Shown one piece after another: positions 15,470 to 17,814 of a stretch of DNA of 17,814 nt. Position 1 is the first letter of the stretch, and the number at the start of each line of letters is the position of its first letter. This stretch comes from Fibrobacteria bacterium (GTDB taxonomy: Bacteria > Fibrobacterota > Fibrobacteria > UBA11236): positions 1 to 17,814 of the forward strand of contig JBJHDK010000050.1 of NCBI GenBank assembly GCA_050486505.1. Direction: 5' to 3'. A program made the translations under genes and the position numbers. A model generated the notes under the pieces. It was given only the letters and a program-made list of their open reading frames with translations. It was not told the origin of the DNA and ran no database searches.

Positions 15470-15891
15470 AATATCACTTCAAAATTCACAAAGAAGGCCG
15501 CGGCTTTTGGGCGCAGTGCGTCGAAGGAGAGTGGGCGACGCAGGGGCACACCATGGAGGAACTTAGGCACAACATGGCCGAAGCCCTGAACGGCGTTCTC
15601 GATGAACCCGAAGATTCGACGTGGATTCCGCCCATGCCCGATCCGACGATCAAGGGTCGCAACATCGTCGAGGTCGAGGTGGATCCGCAGATCGCTTTGG
15701 CCATGATGCTGCGCGTGAACCGCCTGAAGCGCGGGATGACGCAGCGTCAGGCGGCCGAGAGGCTCGGGATCCGCCACGTGTCGCAGTACCAGCGGCTGGA
15801 GTCAGGCAAGACGTCCAACCCCGAACTGGGGACGCTGGTCAAGATCAAGCGCCTGTTTCCGGAGTTGTCGGTGGACGCGGTGTTGGCGTGA
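15466..15891 (+). CDS. hicB: HicB-family antitoxin with a C-terminal XRE HTH
   Basis: GFWAQCVEGEWATQGHTMEELRHNMAEAL (HicB partial RNase H fold) plus RLKRGMTQRQAAERLG..YQRLESG; coupled to hicA. Confidence 0.9.
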   Translation: MKYHFKIHKEGRGFWAQCVEGEWATQGHTMEELRHNMAEALNGVLDEPEDSTWIPPMPDPTIKGRNIVEVEVDPQIALAMMLRVNRLKRGMTQRQAAERLGIRHVSQYQRLESGKTSNPELGTLVKIKRLFPELSVDAVLA

Positions 15892-15897
15892 TGGGGA

Positions 15898-16929
15898 CTA
15901 CCCCAACTTTTCCGCCAGCTTCACCGCCCCATAGCTCAAAATCATGTCCGCACCCGCGCGTTTGATGGCGAGCGTGGCTTCCATCAACGCCGCATCGGCA
16001 TCGAGCCAGCCGAGCTGCCCCGCCGCGTGGATCATCGCGTATTCGCCGCTCACCTGATAGGCCGCCACGGGCACGTCCACCGCTTCGGCCGCGTCGGCGA
16101 TGATGTCGAGGTAGGCCAGCGCGGGCTTCACCATCACCATGTCCGCGCCCTCTTCCACGTCGAGACGGATCTCGCGCAAGGCCTCGCGGCGGTTCGCCGG
16201 GTCCATCTGGTAGGTCTTCTTGTCCCCGTGCTTGGGCGCCGAATCGAGCGCATCGCGGAATGGGCCGTAGAAGGAGGAGGCGTACTTCGCCGAATAGGCG
16301 AGGATGCCGGTGTCCTTGTATCCGAATTCGTCGAGTGCGGCGCGCAGGTAGCCCACGCGCCCGTCCATCATGTCGGAAGGCGCCACGATGTCGGCGCCCG
16401 CGGCCGCCTGGACCAGCGCCATCTCCGCCAGGATCGGCAAAGTCTCGTCGTTCAGGATCTTCCCGCCCTTCACCAGGCCGTCGTGCCCGTCGCTCGAGTA
16501 GGGATCCATGGCGACGTCGGTGATGACGGTGAGACCGGGCACGGCGGACTTCAGGTCGCGGATGGTGCGCTGAAGCAGGCCGTCGGGATTCTTCGACTCG
16601 GTGGCGCGCTTGTCCTTGCGCTTGTCGGGGATGACCGGGAACAGCGCCACCGCCGGAATGCCCAGTTTGTGCGCGCGCTTCGCCTCCGCCACGGCAAGGT
16701 CGCGGCTCAGCCGGTACACCCCGGGCATCGACTTGATGAGTTCCTTCTTCTTCGTTCCTTCCATCACAAACAGCGGCAAAATGAAATCGGCCGGGGTCAG
16801 GATGGTCTCGCGCACCATGGCGCGGATGGAGGCGGAAACACGGTTGCGCCGCGGCCGTGCACCCATTTCAACGTGATCGGGAAGGCCGGCGGCGTGGGAA
16901 TGATCGTGGTCGTGGGAGTGTTTGGGCAT
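15898..16929 (-). CDS. hemB: Porphobilinogen synthase (ALA dehydratase)
   Basis: RPRRNR, DVAMDPYSSDGHDG, APSDMMDGRV, YSAKYASSFYGPFRDA, EGADMVMVKPAL, AYQVSGEY; start placed at ATG 16929. Confidence 0.96.
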   Translation of the reverse strand: MPKHSHDHDHSHAAGLPDHVEMGARPRRNRVSASIRAMVRETILTPADFILPLFVMEGTKKKELIKSMPGVYRLSRDLAVAEAKRAHKLGIPAVALFPVIPDKRKDKRATESKNPDGLLQRTIRDLKSAVPGLTVITDVAMDPYSSDGHDGLVKGGKILNDETLPILAEMALVQAAAGADIVAPSDMMDGRVGYLRAALDEFGYKDTGILAYSAKYASSFYGPFRDALDSAPKHGDKKTYQMDPANRREALREIRLDVEEGADMVMVKPALAYLDIIADAAEAVDVPVAAYQVSGEYAMIHAAGQLGWLDADAALMEATLAIKRAGADMILSYGAVKLAEKLG

Positions 16930-16951
16930 GGGGGAAAGATAACGCAGAAAC

Positions 16952-16976
16952 GTAGGGGCGACCCGTCGGGTCGCCC
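16952..16976. repeat. REP-like palindrome
   Basis: GTAG-GGGCGACCC-gtc-GGGTCGCCC between the HIT gene and hemB. Confidence 0.8.
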
Positions 16977-16984
16977 GGATCAAG

Positions 16985-17395
16985 CTATCCCAGCGCCGCC
17001 CTGATCTTCGCGCCCACCGCGGCGAGTTCTTCCTTCGTCGCGGGTTTCGCGCGGGAGAAGCTGAGGTCGCCGTCCTGCATGAGGGGAACGAGATGCAGGT
17101 GGGCATGGGGAACCTCGAAGCCCGCGACCATCACGCCCACGCGCTTGCAGGGCAGCACCTTCTCCTGCGCGCGAACGATGCGCTGCGCGAACGGCAGCAT
17201 CCCTTCGAGGATGGAGGCGTCGAGGTCGAAGAACTTGTCGACCTGAAGCTTGGGAACCACCAAGGTGTGGCCGGGATTGATGGGGCGGAGATCGAGGAAG
17301 GCGAAGTAGCGCGCGCTCTCGAGGATCTTTTCGCAGGGGATCTCGCCGCGGATGATGCGGGTGAAGATCGTGGGGGCGGGGGAGGAGGAAGTCAT
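16985..17395 (-). CDS. HIT-family nucleotide hydrolase
   Basis: TIFTRIIRGEIP, AFLDLRPINPGHTLVVPK, histidine triad VPHAHLHLVP; GGAGG RBS before ATG 17395. Confidence 0.95.
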   Translation of the reverse strand: MTSSSPAPTIFTRIIRGEIPCEKILESARYFAFLDLRPINPGHTLVVPKLQVDKFFDLDASILEGMLPFAQRIVRAQEKVLPCKRVGVMVAGFEVPHAHLHLVPLMQDGDLSFSRAKPATKEELAAVGAKIRAALG

Positions 17396-17444
17396 GGAAC
17401 CTCCGAAATACAAAAACCGGGAACGCTAAGAGTGGGACATGCGC

Positions 17445-17476
17445 CCGTAGGGATAACGCATGCGTTATCCCTACGG
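17445..17476. repeat. Perfect 32-bp REP-like palindrome
   Basis: CCGTAGGGATAACGCA|TGCGTTATCCCTACGG just downstream of rpmG. Confidence 0.85.
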
Positions 17477-17481
17477 CGGGA

Positions 17482-17664
17482 TTACTTGACCTCGCGGTGC
17501 AGCGTGTGCTTCTTCATGAACGGGTTGTACTTCTTCTTCTCGAGACGTCCCGTTTGCTTCGACTTGTTCTTGGTCGTCATGTAGCGCGAGGGAGGAATGC
17601 CGAGCGCACGGGCTTCGGTGCATTCCAGGGTGATGACGACGCGCTTTCCTTTGATCTGCGGCAT
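17482..17664 (-). CDS. rpmG: 50S ribosomal protein L33
   Basis: [47 protein letters not shown] before ATG 17664. Confidence 0.95.
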   Translation of the reverse strand: MPQIKGKRVVITLECTEARALGIPPSRYMTTKNKSKQTGRLEKKKYNPFMKKHTLHREVK

Positions 17665-17741
17665 GACAGGCTCCATTCGGAGGGGGTAAAACTGGAGGGG
17701 GGAAGGTAGTTAAACAGGGTTTAATTTCAATGGGGTGCCCA

Positions 17742-17812
17742 GTAAGGGCGACCTGCTGGTCGCCCTTACGAACGGGATACGGGGGTATGGGCGACCCATG
17801 GGTCGCCCTTAC
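17742..17812. repeat. REP-like doublet (two 28-bp palindromes, 15-bp spacer)
   Basis: GTAAGGGCGACC-tgct-GGTCGCCCTTAC and GTATGGGCGACCC-at-GGGTCGCCCTTAC. Confidence 0.85.
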
Positions 17813-17814
17813 AA

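Noticed and set aside
16930..17106. N-terminal extension of hemB in the ORF track
   Set aside because: Overlaps the HIT gene and a REP; similarity to HemB begins after 16929.

Overview
GC-rich bacterial chromosomal window, mostly housekeeping genes: a small acidic protein (-), an orphan XRE-HTH antitoxin-like gene, an XPB/Rad25-type helicase, a two-subunit M16B peptidase pair, fabF, a probable exported hypothetical protein, an ACT-fused GlnE-like adenylyltransferase (-), spoVG and comM/YifB, a hicA(pseudo)-hicB pair, then hemB, a HIT protein and rpmG (-). The most unusual content is non-genic. (i) An about 440-bp palindromic, IR-bounded element sits without stop codons, in frame, inside the signal-peptide region of the M16 beta-subunit gene. 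(ii) Short 7- and 8-mer tandem arrays occur in many intergenic gaps, often as inverted pairs around short unique spacers, and several read in frame into the next gene's N-terminus. (iii) There are five REP-like palindromes of the GTAG type. All calls come from reading the sequence and motifs by eye; no database searches were run.
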